Assembly: GCA_019651595.1 (NCBI GenBank) | Contig: BOYQ01000002.1 | Location: forward strand, 181,912-245,911 | Length of the DNA stretch: 64,000 nucleotides | Reading direction: 5' to 3' | Source of the DNA: Candidatus Poseidoniales archaeon | GTDB taxonomy: Archaea > Thermoplasmatota > Poseidoniia > Poseidoniales > Poseidoniaceae | Shown: positions 19,494-28,680 of the stretch, piece after piece | How the letters are laid out: each line of letters begins with the position of its first letter | Position numbering within the stretch: position 1 is the stretch's first letter | Program-made: the position numbers and the translations under genes | Notes under the pieces: model-generated | The model's input: the letters and a program-made list of their open reading frames with translations, nothing else | What the model was told of the DNA's origin: nothing | Databases searched by the model: none

Positions 19494-20194
19494 TCCTCCT
19501 CGGATGCGAGTTGGGGCTGCGACGCGACGATGTTTCCGTCGCTCATCGTGATGATACGCTGGCATTGAGCGGCGATGTCGGGGTCGTGGGTCACGATGAG
19601 AAACGTCGTACCGTGCCGCTGGTTCATGTCCCGCAGGAGCGCCATGACATCGCCCGAGGTCGCATTGTCAAGGTTGCCCGTGGGCTCGTCGCACAAAATG
19701 ATGGACGGACGATGAACGATGGCTCGGGCGACGGCCACGCGCTGCTGTTGGCCGCCCGACAGTTCAGCCGGGCGATGTTCACCTCGGTCACCGAGGCCGA
19801 CGTGTTCGAGGGCTTGCATCGCTTCCCTTCGAGCCTCAACCGGAGAGCGACCGTTCAGCAGGAGCGGCAGTTCGACGTTCTCGACCGCAGAGAGGACGGG
19901 CAGGAGGTTGAAGTCTTGGAAAATGAATCCAAACCGTTCACCCCGGAGGTCCGTTCGCTGGTCGTCGGAGATGCCGTACAGGGGCTGACCGTCGACCAAC
20001 ACGGTACCGGAACTTGGCTCGTCGATGCCGGACAGGATGTTCAGGAGCGTTGTTTTTCCACACCCGGAGGGACCCATCACGGCGATCATTTCCCCCGCTT
20101 CGATTCGGACGTTCACGCCACGGACTGCTTCAACGGTGGATTCACCGGCCTGGTAGAGTTTCCAAAGCTGACTGGCTTCAAGCGCCGGTGGCAT
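19490..20194 (-). CDS. ABC transporter ATP-binding protein (MacB/LolD-type)
   Basis: Walker A GPSGCGKTT, Q-loop, signature LSGGQQQR, Walker B IILCDEPT, H-loop VTHD. The start is probably the ATG at 20194 (MPPALEASQLWKLY..); the upstream 22 aa of the track ORF look non-coding. Confidence 0.9.
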   Translation of the reverse strand: MPPALEASQLWKLYQAGESTVEAVRGVNVRIEAGEMIAVMGPSGCGKTTLLNILSGIDEPSSGTVLVDGQPLYGISDDQRTDLRGERFGFIFQDFNLLPVLSAVENVELPLLLNGRSPVEARREAMQALEHVGLGDRGEHRPAELSGGQQQRVAVARAIVHRPSIILCDEPTGNLDNATSGDVMALLRDMNQRHGTTFLIVTHDPDIAAQCQRIITMSDGNIVASQPQLASEEE

Positions 20195-20244
20195 GATGGA
20201 CGATACGGAATTGTATTCATAAATCCCTGCCACCAAGGCGTCCC

Positions 20245-20500
20245 ATGGGCACGGAGGCATCGGGCATCAGCGTCACCGTCATCGCCTTCGGCCAAGTGGG
20301 TGAAGAACTCGGTGGGCGCCATCACGAACGCCACGTGGTCGCAGGCGCAACCGTTCGAGACCTGGTGATGGAACTCGGTCTCGAGGCGTGGATTCGCCTT
20401 CGGTCTCTCCGTGGCGGTCAACGGCGACCGGTGCGGCATGGACACCGTGCTGGTCGACGGAGCGGAGTTGGCGCTGCTCCCGCCCGTGAGCGGCGGTTAA
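20245..20500 (+). CDS. MoaD/ThiS-family ubiquitin-like small protein ending in GG (SAMP-like), interrupted by one frameshift
   Basis: The N-terminal frame gives ..ISVTVIAFGQVGEELGG..GATVRDLVMELGLEA... Hand translation of the next frame (from ~20390) gives FAFGLSVAVNGDRCGMDTVLVDGAELALLPPVSGG* with a stop at 20498-20500. Both the beta-grasp pattern and the PPVSGG terminus are diagnostic of MoaD/ThiS/SAMP proteins. The frame change lies at ~20370-20395. Confidence 0.75.
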
Positions 20501-20570
20501 GCCCGAAGAGGACACCGAGAAAGGAAAGGCTTCAACAACGGGGACCACCAGGGCAGGATGAGGAAGCACC

Positions 20571-20891
20571 ATGGTTGGCGGACTGGGCCCCCTTGAATTG
20601 AGCATCTTGCTCCTGCTGTTCTTTGTCTTGTTCGGTGCACAGCGCCTTCCTGAACTGGCGAACGCCCTCGGCCGCTCGAAAGGCGAATTCCACAAGGGGC
20701 TCAACGAAGCCACTGCGATCGGGGACACCGCTCGAACCGTGGCCGACCTCGAAGCCGGCGGACGCACCCCCGAGCAGGTGCTCATGGAGCGCGCCAAAGC
20801 CGTTGGTATCGATCCCGCCGGCATGCCCGTTGACGAGTTGGAACAGAAGGTCAACGCACTGGAAGCCCTGAACACCGAAGAAAACGAGTGA
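20571..20891 (+). CDS. tatA: Twin-arginine translocase subunit TatA/E
   Basis: MVGGLGPLELSILLLLFFVLFGAQRLPELANALGRSKGEFHKG.. contains an N-terminal TM helix, the FG hinge and an amphipathic helix, followed by an acidic tail. Confidence 0.85.
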   Translation: MVGGLGPLELSILLLLFFVLFGAQRLPELANALGRSKGEFHKGLNEATAIGDTARTVADLEAGGRTPEQVLMERAKAVGIDPAGMPVDELEQKVNALEALNTEENE

Positions 20892-20892
20892 T

Positions 20893-21390
20893 TCAACCCC
20901 GGCGCCGCTTGATCACGAGCGCCGAACCGCACACGCGACACTCCCCCGTCTGGCCTTGTTTGGCGCGAGCCACGTCGGTGCCAAGCGGAGAGGTTTCTCC
21001 GCAACCCGTGCATCGTTGCTCCCACAACCAGACCCGCTTGGAAGCGGCATTGGCCACCGGTTCCACCGTTCCGCCGCCGTGGCGATAGGTGTTCTGCAAA
21101 CGGTAGTCATCGGTGACGAGCACGGCCTGCAGGTTCAACGCCAGCGCCAGCACGTCGAGGTCAACGTCTGAAAGGCGTGCAAAGTCCCCGGAGGCGCGTG
21201 CCGCAACGCTGGCCTGTTCCAGTGCCTCGTGAGAAGGCGACCGCCACTGAATGTCGGCCGTCTCGACCAGCATGAGACGAGCCTCACTCAAGCGTTGAAG
21301 TTCCTCGAGTTGAGAGACCGCACAAACCCCACCGTTCAGACGGGCCACGGGCCAGTGGAGCAGCGCTGCCGTATCCATCACCCGCTCCAT
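20893..21390 (-). CDS. nob1: PIN-domain plus zinc-ribbon protein (Nob1-like endonuclease)
   Basis: PIN-like N-terminal part (MDTAALL.., ..VLVTDDYRLQN..) followed by a C-terminal CxxC..CxxC ribbon (CTGCGETSPLGTDVARAKQGQTGECRVCGS). This architecture matches archaeal Nob1. The start was chosen at an internal ATG (21390 or 21378). Confidence 0.6.
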   Translation of the reverse strand: MERVMDTAALLHWPVARLNGGVCAVSQLEELQRLSEARLMLVETADIQWRSPSHEALEQASVAARASGDFARLSDVDLDVLALALNLQAVLVTDDYRLQNTYRHGGGTVEPVANAASKRVWLWEQRCTGCGETSPLGTDVARAKQGQTGECRVCGSALVIKRRRG

Positions 21391-21467
21391 GGATGAGAGA
21401 CGACAACCCCCTCCATGAAGGCACCGCTCACCCCTATCTTCTTGAAAGAGCGGGCGCACCACCGACC

Positions 21468-22078
21468 ATGAGTTGGAAGGAAACCGTCTTGGAGGCGTTT
21501 GACGTCTTCGGTCCTGCCAGCCTCTTCGTCCTGTCCTTCACGGAAGCCATCGTCCAACCCATTCCCCCTGACCTCCTCTACATCCCCATGCTGGTCAACG
21601 CCATGGGTGACACCCCGCTGGTCGTTTGGCTCTGGCTGGTGGTCACGTTGCCTCCGTGTTGGGCTCCCTGGTTGGATATTGGATCGGCCAGCACTGGGGC
21701 ACCTCGCTGATGAAGCGTTTCGGCCAAGAAAAGCACCTGACCAAACTCGAACATTTGACCGAGACCTACGGAACGATGGGCATCTTCATCGCCGCTTTTT
21801 CTCCCATCCCCTACAAGGTGCTGGGGTGGATGGCAGGGATGGGTCATATGGCCAAGCGGCCGTTTCTTGTCGCAGGTTTTGTTGGACGAAGCCTCCGTTT
21901 TGGACTCGAGGCGTTGCTCATCGGTCTCTACGGCGACCGAGCACTCGACGCCATCATGTGGGTGCTTGACAATGAAATCCTTCTGGCCGTGCTGATGTTG
22001 GTTTCGCTTGCCGCTGCATGGCTCGCATGGCGATGGTGGACAAGGCTGGGGGCGCAGGCTCCCGATGCGAGTGCCTGA
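21468..22078 (+). CDS. YqaA/DedA-related (SNARE-associated-type) membrane protein, one frameshift
   Basis: Track ORFs 21393..21710 and 21626..22078 join as ..FVLSFTEAIVQPIPPDLLYIPMLVNAMGDTPLVVWLWLVV / VASVLGSLVGYWIGQHWGTSLMKRFG..FIAAFSPIPYKVLGWMAGM... The frame changes at ~21641-21655. The start is the ATG at 21468 (MSWKETVLEAF..). Confidence 0.7.
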
Positions 22079-22136
22079 GGCCGCAAATGGCTTCCACGGG
22101 AACGGTTATGAAGAGGGCCTGAGTGGGGCAATCACC

Positions 22137-22211
22137 GCTCGCGTGGTGTAGTCAGGTCCATCATTACGGGTTTTCATCCCGTCGACCCGGGTTCGAATCC
22201 CGGCGCGAGCA
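22137..22211 (+). tRNA. tRNA-Glu: tRNA-Glu (anticodon UUC)
   Basis: GCTCGCG TG GTGT AGTCAGGTCCA TCAT T ACGGG TTTTCAT CCCGT CGAC CCGGG TTCGAAT CCCGG CGCGAGC A. It has a 7-bp acceptor stem, 5-bp anticodon stem with loop TT-TTC-AT, T-arm GGG-TTCGAAT-CCC and discriminator A. CCA is not encoded. The D-arm pattern TGGTGTAGTC..ATCAT is typical of archaeal tRNA-Glu. Confidence 0.9.
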
Positions 22212-22326
22212 CATCTGCCTTTCCTTGCTCGTTTAATAAACATCAAATCCGGTGCTCAAACCGTTGCTCGTCGACATCAACCAAGGCCTTGAGAAAGTAT
22301 AGAGGCTTGATGCCCGACCCGGCATC

Positions 22327-22794
22327 ATGGTCAACGTTGGAGACACCGCCCCTGCCTTTACCCTCAGAGCCACCGACAAGCGAGAGGTCTCGCTTTCGGA
22401 GTACGCTGGAAAAACCGTGATTTTGGCGTTTTACCCGGGCGCTTTCACTGGCGTCTGCGACAAGGAAATGTGTGCGTTTCAAGACAGCATGGCCGAATTG
22501 AACGCATCGGACGCCGTCGTGTTGGGCATCAGCGTCGATTCGCCCTGGGCCAACGCAGCGTTCGCACGAACGTACAACCTTGAATTCGAACTGTTGTCCG
22601 ATCTCGACCGTGCAGCCGTCAAAGCCTACGATGCGACCTTCACCGGTTTGGGCGGCCTGGACGGCTACGTCAGCGCCAACCGCGTGGTCGTCATCGTGGA
22701 CGGAAGCGGTGTTGTCCGGTACCGATGGGTGGCTGAAAACCCCGGTGTGGAACCCGACTACGCTGAAGTCGTTGGTGCTGCGAAGGCTCTGTGA
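22327..22794 (+). CDS. Peroxiredoxin (AhpC/TSA-redoxin family)
   Basis: ..VILAFYPGAFTGVCDKEMCAF.. is the peroxidatic Cys motif. 155 aa with a thioredoxin-fold pattern. Confidence 0.85.
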   Translation: MVNVGDTAPAFTLRATDKREVSLSEYAGKTVILAFYPGAFTGVCDKEMCAFQDSMAELNASDAVVLGISVDSPWANAAFARTYNLEFELLSDLDRAAVKAYDATFTGLGGLDGYVSANRVVVIVDGSGVVRYRWVAENPGVEPDYAEVVGAAKAL

Positions 22795-22811
22795 GCCGCC
22801 ATCGTGCGCGC

Positions 22812-23651
22812 TCAGGCGAGGGTCCCGTTGTTGAAATCCTCGATTGCCTGGTAGATTTCTTGCCGCGTGTTCATCACAAACGGACCGTACCGAGCGATGG
22901 GCTCGCCGAGTTCTGGGCCTCCAAGGATGAGCAGCTCCGCTCCGTCTTCCTCAGCGGTGATGGAGACCCGGTCGCCGGGGGTCAGCAGACCCAAGCCCCC
23001 GTCATGCAGTGAACGACCCTCCACGTCCATGGAGCCCCCAAAGGCGTAGAGCATCACGTTGTGGTCGTGCTCACAAGCGTGAAGGTAATGGGCGCCAGGT
23101 TTCAACTTGAGGTGAATGAAGGTGATGGGGATCACGGTGTCGATGACCGCTTGGACACCGAGCGCTTCCCCGGCGATGACCTTGGCCCACACCTGACCGT
23201 CCTCGCTCACGACCTCGGGAAGGTCGGCGGAGGGAATGTCCTGATAGCGAGGCGCCATCATCTTGTCCTTGGCCGGCAGGTTGACCCAAATTTGGAAGCC
23301 GTGCATCAAGCCGCCGTTTTCCATCATGTGGTCTTGAGGAAGTTCAGAATGAATCACGCCGCGACCGGCCGTCATCCACTGTACGTCACCCGGGTTCAAG
23401 TCGCCGCTGTTTCCTGCAGAATCGGCGTGCTTCATGCCGCCTGCCAGCAGGTAGGTGACGGTCTCAAAACCTCGGTGTGGATGGTCGGGAGCACCGACGG
23501 CTTCACCCGGCCCGTAGTCCACCGGGCCCATCTCGTCAAGGAGAAGAAAGGGGCTCATGAGGCGGCCCATGGCGGCTGGACGGCGGACCTTGAAGCCGCC
23601 ACCTTCGAGAACGGTATGGGTTGGGACAATGGATTTGATGCTTCGATTCAT
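22812..23651 (-). CDS. Pirin-family bicupin protein
   Basis: ..GFKVRRPAAMG..FLLLDEMGPVDYGPGEAVGAPDHPHRGFETVTYLLAG..GDVQWMTAGRGVIHSE.. is the classical pirin N-terminal cupin metal site. 279 aa. Confidence 0.9.
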   Translation of the reverse strand: MNRSIKSIVPTHTVLEGGGFKVRRPAAMGRLMSPFLLLDEMGPVDYGPGEAVGAPDHPHRGFETVTYLLAGGMKHADSAGNSGDLNPGDVQWMTAGRGVIHSELPQDHMMENGGLMHGFQIWVNLPAKDKMMAPRYQDIPSADLPEVVSEDGQVWAKVIAGEALGVQAVIDTVIPITFIHLKLKPGAHYLHACEHDHNVMLYAFGGSMDVEGRSLHDGGLGLLTPGDRVSITAEEDGAELLILGGPELGEPIARYGPFVMNTRQEIYQAIEDFNNGTLA

Positions 23652-23655
23652 GGGT

Positions 23656-24161
23656 TCACCTCGTGGTCATGGCGTTCAACATGGCGTCAATGGTTTCCGG
23701 GTTGGCGGGCTTTTTCTTGTTTACCACCAACGACCGCCCAACCACGACGCATCCTAGGAACGAGAATTGCATGCGCATGGCCATGATGACGTGCTGTCCA
23801 CCGCCCCCTGAATGCGTGCCAAGGGCCACACGGCGGTCATGGAACAAACGCGGAAATCATCACCTTCACGGCTCAGCCACGCAATGGCGTTGTTGAGGAC
23901 GGGCGGGTATGAGCCGTTGTACTCGGGTGCAAACACGAACCAAGCATCACCGCGTTCAAGCACGGTGATCAAATCGCTGAGGCCATCAAGAACGGGGGTT
24001 GCCTTCTCCCTCGCCACGGTGTAGACGGGGAAGTCGTAGGCATTGAGCGAAACGTGCTCGACCGAGTGGCCCATGGCACGAGCGTGCACCTCAACTTCAC
24101 CAGCCAGGGCAGCGTTGCTCCCGTCTGATGCGTGAATGAACACCAGGTTCGCCATGACCAC
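23656..24161 (-). CDS. NADPH-dependent FMN reductase / flavodoxin-like protein, one frameshift
   Basis: Track ORF 23754..24161 (..LVFIHASDGSNAALAGEV..WFVFAPEYNGSYPPVLNNAIAWLSREGDDFR..) loses frame at ~23850. It continues in ORF 23656..23847 (..FHDRRVALGTHSGGGGQHVIMAMRMQFSFLGCVVVGRSLVV..). Together they give a ~168-aa FMN_red-type protein. Confidence 0.7.
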
Positions 24162-24228
24162 CCTACGCCGCCTTCCGGTTTATCATTGGCCGTATCCAGC
24201 CAGCAGCAACAAAACGGACCATGTTGAA

Positions 24229-24426
24229 TCATTCAACCGAGTGTTCTGCAGCCTCGTACGCCGCCATGAACCGCTCCATCCAAGCGCCTTTTGGATGGTC
24301 CGAGTGCCCTGCGATGACGTCGTGGTGCGCTTCAAGGTAGTGCGGCATCATCTTCACAAGCATGGCCTGCCATGACGGGGCCTCGATGAGGACGGCCCCG
24401 CAATCAATGCATGCCATTGTGGGCAT
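24229..24426 (-). CDS. Small Cys/His-containing hypothetical protein (DUF1059-like?)
   Basis: Only the C-terminal 65 aa of track ORF 24229..24717 are plausible, because the rest is antisense to the glutaredoxin gene. The ATG at 24426 is preceded by GGGAGGAA. Sequence: MPTMACIDCGAVLIEAPSWQAMLVKMMPHYLEAHHDVIAGHSDHPKGAWMERFMAAYEAAEHSVE. The family assignment is a weak pattern match only. Confidence 0.45.
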   Translation of the reverse strand: MPTMACIDCGAVLIEAPSWQAMLVKMMPHYLEAHHDVIAGHSDHPKGAWMERFMAAYEAAEHSVE

Positions 24427-24528
24427 GGTCCAAATTCCTCCCGGCCGATAATTGAAGTTATCCAAACCGTCGTTCGGCAGCCCACACGGTGGACAAGGCG
24501 TTATAGGAGACTCAACCAACCTTACCTC

Positions 24529-24813
24529 ATGTCTGAAGCGATGGTGCTCGAACACGCCGAGGCAAGCGGAACGGATTTCCTCATCTACACGGGAAATTTT
24601 TGCGGCTACTGCCGTGCTCTGAAAAACCTGCTCGACCGCAATGAATTGAGCTACACCGAGTACAACTTCGACGAGCACGACGGTATGCGCATGGCCGTGG
24701 TTCAGGTGACGGGGCACCGCACCGTTCCGGTCGTGTTTGACCTTCGCGAGGAACAGCCGATGTTCATCGGTGGGTTCGACGAGACCAACCGCTACCTCAA
24801 GAAAAGGTCGTGA
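24529..24813 (+). CDS. grx: Glutaredoxin
   Basis: ..FLIYTGNFCGYCRALKNLL.. (CGYC active site), ..RTVPVVF.. and ..FIGGFDET.. are canonical Grx motifs. 94 aa. Confidence 0.9.
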   Translation: MSEAMVLEHAEASGTDFLIYTGNFCGYCRALKNLLDRNELSYTEYNFDEHDGMRMAVVQVTGHRTVPVVFDLREEQPMFIGGFDETNRYLKKRS

Positions 24814-25399
24814 GCCACTCCCGCAGCGCAGAGTGATGCTCGATTGGAATCATGTGCCCTTTTGGATGCTCGATCAGTTCCACGGCCCAACCCGCTGACT
24901 CGAACAAGTGGGCGATCGCCCAACCGTCTTCAATGGGTACCCGGACGTCTTTCTCGCCGTGCATCCAAAACAACCGTTTGGGTTCGAGTTCACTCAATCG
25001 AAGACGCAATTCCATGGGGCGCACCAAGCGCGTCCCCATGCAAACCACGCCTTGAATTCGGTCGGCGACCGGAAGTTGAAGCAATTCCTGAGCCATGGCG
25101 CCGCCCTGAGAGAAGCCGCCCACCACCAGCGGCCCCATGGGCGCCTCCTCTGCGATGAGTTTCTCAAGTTGGGACAGGCTTGAATCGACGTCCATCAGTT
25201 CCTTTCTCGACAGTGACATGCGCCGGGTGACATCAGCGTCAAAATCCTCGTATCGCCACCACGTTCGGCCCCGGGTAGGATGCGCAAATCGGGCTTCCGG
25301 GACCAGCAAGGTCCAGCCGTCCGGCAGGATCTTTTCGGCAAACGGACGCATCATTGAGGCGTCGCCCGTCATGCCGTGCATCATGATGAGGGTGGGCAA
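24797..25399 (-). CDS. Alpha/beta hydrolase (phospholipase/carboxylesterase family)
   Basis: ..LIMMHGMTGD.., nucleophile elbow GFSQGG, ..WMHGEKDVRVP.., ..PKGHMIP... 200 aa. The 3' end overlaps the convergent grx gene by 17 nt. Confidence 0.8.
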   Translation of the reverse strand: MPTLIMMHGMTGDASMMRPFAEKILPDGWTLLVPEARFAHPTRGRTWWRYEDFDADVTRRMSLSRKELMDVDSSLSQLEKLIAEEAPMGPLVVGGFSQGGAMAQELLQLPVADRIQGVVCMGTRLVRPMELRLRLSELEPKRLFWMHGEKDVRVPIEDGWAIAHLFESAGWAVELIEHPKGHMIPIEHHSALREWLTTFS

Positions 25400-25408
25400 G
25401 AAAACACC

Positions 25409-26365
25409 TCACAACGTCCACTGCGGGATGATGCCGCCGGCCACCTTGAGGTGAAGCTCCGAGGATGCACCGCGCAGGGTGATGGTGAGAGAATAATCAC
25501 CGGTGAGGGACGGGATGGTTCCGATAGCGCCCTTTTCCGAGGCACCCGAGCCCCATGCACGGGTCAGCGGTGAAGCGCCTTGGTGGTCTTTCATCGACAG
25601 CGTCCCCGAACCACCCTGTGCAATGTTCACGTCGAGGTACCACACCAAGACGTCCCAGTCTTCGCCGTCTGGGTGGCCGCTGTCAAAGAACGAATCGTAG
25701 ATGTCGTTCTCGTTCTCCTCGTAGGTGCTGTCGAGGAGGTCGCGTGCCTGGTAGAAGTACACGTCGCCCGTGTAGCCGGTCTTCGTCTGAGTGAGTTCCA
25801 TTCGAAGTTGTTCAACACCCTCCCCGTCCGTCCAAACCATCGAGTCAAGGAAGCCCACGCGCCCGCTAAAGGCGTAGGTTAGGCGGTGCCCCTCGGAGGA
25901 GTCGGCCACGACGTCCACGACGCCGTTGTAGATGGACGCCGTCATGGCGGTCCACTGCTGACCGAGCAACGTGAACGTCCACGAATCGCCCTCGTTCCAA
26001 GGGAAATTGAACACGGGCTGGGCCTCGCCCTGCTCGTAAACCGAGAGGCCGTCCATGGTCATCCGACCGAGGAAGGGGTTGTGATTGATGACAGCGTGCC
26101 GCTGCGCTTCCCGCTCGCTGGAGATGCCCAAGCGGTAGAGCCCGGTTTCGTTGTTCACCTCGGCCACGACCAGCCGGGCGCTGTCCTCACCAAACTGAGG
26201 GGTGATGAACGTGTAGAGCCACTGGTCGCCGACGCTCCACGACGGAAGGCGAAGTTCGTCCTCGGTCGTGTCGCCTCGGTTGTCGGAGTTGACCGTGGGT
26301 CCTTCCAAACATCCAGCAAGACTCAGCGAAAGCATGAGCCACACCATGAGTCCCATGCTTCGCAT
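25409..26365 (-). CDS. Lipoprotein of unknown function
   Basis: [19 protein letters not shown].. is a signal peptide with a lipobox-like LAGC. The mature part is acidic and W/Y-rich with no motif I recognise. Confidence 0.6.
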   Translation of the reverse strand: MRSMGLMVWLMLSLSLAGCLEGPTVNSDNRGDTTEDELRLPSWSVGDQWLYTFITPQFGEDSARLVVAEVNNETGLYRLGISSEREAQRHAVINHNPFLGRMTMDGLSVYEQGEAQPVFNFPWNEGDSWTFTLLGQQWTAMTASIYNGVVDVVADSSEGHRLTYAFSGRVGFLDSMVWTDGEGVEQLRMELTQTKTGYTGDVYFYQARDLLDSTYEENENDIYDSFFDSGHPDGEDWDVLVWYLDVNIAQGGSGTLSMKDHQGASPLTRAWGSGASEKGAIGTIPSLTGDYSLTITLRGASSELHLKVAGGIIPQWTL

Positions 26366-28530
26366 GGTTGACGCTCACGCCCTCTCTTTGAAAGGCTAAC
26401 GCTCAAGTGAGGCTCAACCAATGGTTGACATTCTTCAGATGTGACGCAGAGCCACCGAGTCATGCCGGTTCCTGCCAACACGACGGCCACAATGGACATG
26501 AGTTTGATGAGAATGTTCAGCGAAGGGCCGGAGGTGTCCTTGAACGGGTCGCCGATGGTGTCGCCAATGACGGCAGCGTCGTGAGCGTCGTCGCCCTTCT
26601 TGGCACCGGGGATGTGATCTTGCTCAATGGCTTTCTTGGCGTTGTCCCAGGCACCACCGGCGTTGGCCATGAAGAGAGCCATGAGCACACCGGAAACCAG
26701 GGAACCAGCCAGCAAGCCCCCCAGGGCGTCGTATCCAAGACCGAAGCCGACCAGCACGGGAGCCACAACGGCCACCACACCGGGGCCGACCATCTCACGG
26801 AGGGCGGCCTTGGTGGAGATATCAACACAGGTTTGCGAATCGGGCTTCACGCCTTCCTTGCCTTCGAGGAGACCGGGGATTTCCCTGAACTGGCGGCGGA
26901 TTTCAACCACCATGTCGCCAGCGGCCTTGCCCACGGAGGTCATGGTCATGGCCGCCACAACGAAGGGCAGACCGCCACCGATGAGCAGACCGATGACGAC
27001 CATGGGGTTGGTCAACTCAAGGTTCAGGTTGTCGGCGCCGATGGCCGAGGTGTAGGCTGCAAACAGAGCAAGAGCGGTCAGTGCGGCCGAACCAATGGCG
27101 AATCCCTTCCCAACGGCAGCGGTGGTGTTGCCGATGGAGTCGAGTTCGTCGGTGATGGCACGGACATCGTCGCCAAGGGCGCTCATTTCAGCGATGCCCC
27201 CGGCGTTGTCAGCAACAGGACCGTAGGCGTCAACCGTCATGGTGACACCAACCGTGGCCAACATGCCCATGGCGGCCATGGCGATGCAGTAGAGGCCGTA
27301 GGTGTCCCCGCCCAATTTGTTGGCACCGAGGATACCCAAGGCGATGAGCACGACGGGAACGAAGGTCGACATCATACCGACGGACAGACCGGCGATGGCG
27401 TTGGTGGCAGGACCGGTCTTGGACATCTCACCGATGTGGGGGATGGCCTTGGTCTTCACACCCATCACGGGCTCAATGCCCGTGTAGTACTCGGTGACCA
27501 GCCCGATGAGAATCCCGATGACGCTGCCGAGGACGACGGCGTGCATGACAGCAAAGTCAACCGCGATGAGGTCGAACTGGATGGCGCCGTAGCCGCCCGC
27601 CCAGAACAGCAAGGCACCGATGAAGGTGGTGTTGCGCAGGGCAGCGGCAGGGTCGCTACCGTTCTTGAGGAAACTCATGGAAAAGACACCGATGACGGAG
27701 GCGATGTAGCCGATGAGACCCAGAAGGATGGGCATCATGACGTAGTCGGGGGCGATGGTGTTGTCAAACTCGTTGGCGATGACCATGGCAGCGATGATGG
27801 AGCCGACGAAGGACTCGAAGATGTCAGCTCCCATGCCAGCAACGTCGCCGACGTTGTCGCCCACGTTGTCGGCAATGACACCAGGGTTGCGGGGATCGTC
27901 TTCTGGAATACCGGCCTCAACCTTACCGACCAGGTCGGCACCAACGTCGGCCGCCTTGGTGTAGATGCCACCTCCAACACGAGCGAAGAGAGCGATGGAC
28001 GAAGCACCCATACCGAATCCGGCAGCGGCGCTGATGGGGTTCATGCCGCCCGTGGCGGCGGTCTCACCTGCTCCGAGCCAGAAGGCCACGAGAGAGATAC
28101 CGAGCAGACCGAGTCCACCAACCGAGAGCCCCATGACGGCCCCGCCGTTGTAGGACACGGCCAGCGCACCGGCTTGGCCGTCGGCTTTTGCAGCCATGGC
28201 AGTGCGGCCGTTGGCTGCGGTTGCGGCGTTCATGCCGGAGAAACCCGCACCGACCGAGGCGAGTGCGCCGAGGAAGAAGGCGATGGACGTCTCGAGGTCG
28301 TTGAGCACGTAAAGAAGGGCACCAACGGCCAAACAAAAGACCGCAAGCACACGGTATTCTGCGAACAAAAACGCCATGGCACCCTTTCGGATTTCGGCCG
28401 TGATGTCGGCGACCACATCGTTGTCGATCTTCACTTTGTTCACTTGCTGGTAGAGCACGAACGCAATCACCAAACCAAGGGCGGCTGCGCCTGCTGAAAT
28501 CATGGCAATGTTTTCCATCATCAATATCAC
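26323..28530 (-). CDS. hppA: Membrane-bound proton-translocating pyrophosphatase
   Basis: ..[55 protein letters not shown].., ..[16 protein letters not shown].. and ..[32 protein letters not shown].. are diagnostic V-PPase signatures. The protein is polytopic. The last ~45 aa (..[49 protein letters not shown]) are atypical and overlap the next gene. Confidence 0.95.
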   Translation of the reverse strand: MILMMENIAMISAGAAALGLVIAFVLYQQVNKVKIDNDVVADITAEIRKGAMAFLFAEYRVLAVFCLAVGALLYVLNDLETSIAFFLGALASVGAGFSGMNAATAANGRTAMAAKADGQAGALAVSYNGGAVMGLSVGGLGLLGISLVAFWLGAGETAATGGMNPISAAAGFGMGASSIALFARVGGGIYTKAADVGADLVGKVEAGIPEDDPRNPGVIADNVGDNVGDVAGMGADIFESFVGSIIAAMVIANEFDNTIAPDYVMMPILLGLIGYIASVIGVFSMSFLKNGSDPAAALRNTTFIGALLFWAGGYGAIQFDLIAVDFAVMHAVVLGSVIGILIGLVTEYYTGIEPVMGVKTKAIPHIGEMSKTGPATNAIAGLSVGMMSTFVPVVLIALGILGANKLGGDTYGLYCIAMAAMGMLATVGVTMTVDAYGPVADNAGGIAEMSALGDDVRAITDELDSIGNTTAAVGKGFAIGSAALTALALFAAYTSAIGADNLNLELTNPMVVIGLLIGGGLPFVVAAMTMTSVGKAAGDMVVEIRRQFREIPGLLEGKEGVKPDSQTCVDISTKAALREMVGPGVVAVVAPVLVGFGLGYDALGGLLAGSLVSGVLMALFMANAGGAWDNAKKAIEQDHIPGAKKGDDAHDAAVIGDTIGDPFKDTSGPSLNILIKLMSIVAVVLAGTGMTRWLCVTSEECQPLVEPHLSVSLSKRGRERQPCEAWDSWCGSCFR

Positions 28531-28680
28531 CTGTTGCTCCGGCCACTTGGGAACCCTTCATAAGCCGTTCCCACCGGAAATAACCCTCCCTTGGTGTTTT
28601 TGACGGGGCACGAACACACCGGCCAGCGCTGTGCAAACGGGGGCAATCGTTCAAAGAGGAGGAACCGCTGGTCGTGGGTC

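Noticed and set aside
20279-21025. 248-aa minus-strand ORF across the moaD-like and tatA genes
   Set aside because: It lies antisense to two genes with diagnostic sequences (PPVSGG terminus; TatA TM-hinge-amphipathic helix). Its translation is R/S/P-rich.
22137-22330. tRNA-Glu as an integration site for a mobile element
   Set aside because: No integrase, no direct repeat of the tRNA 3' end that I could find downstream, and the flanking genes are ordinary housekeeping or redox genes.
26407-28497. 696-aa + strand ORF
   Set aside because: It lies antisense to the H+-PPase gene, whose diagnostic motifs are unambiguous. The + translation is G/D/H/V-rich nonsense.
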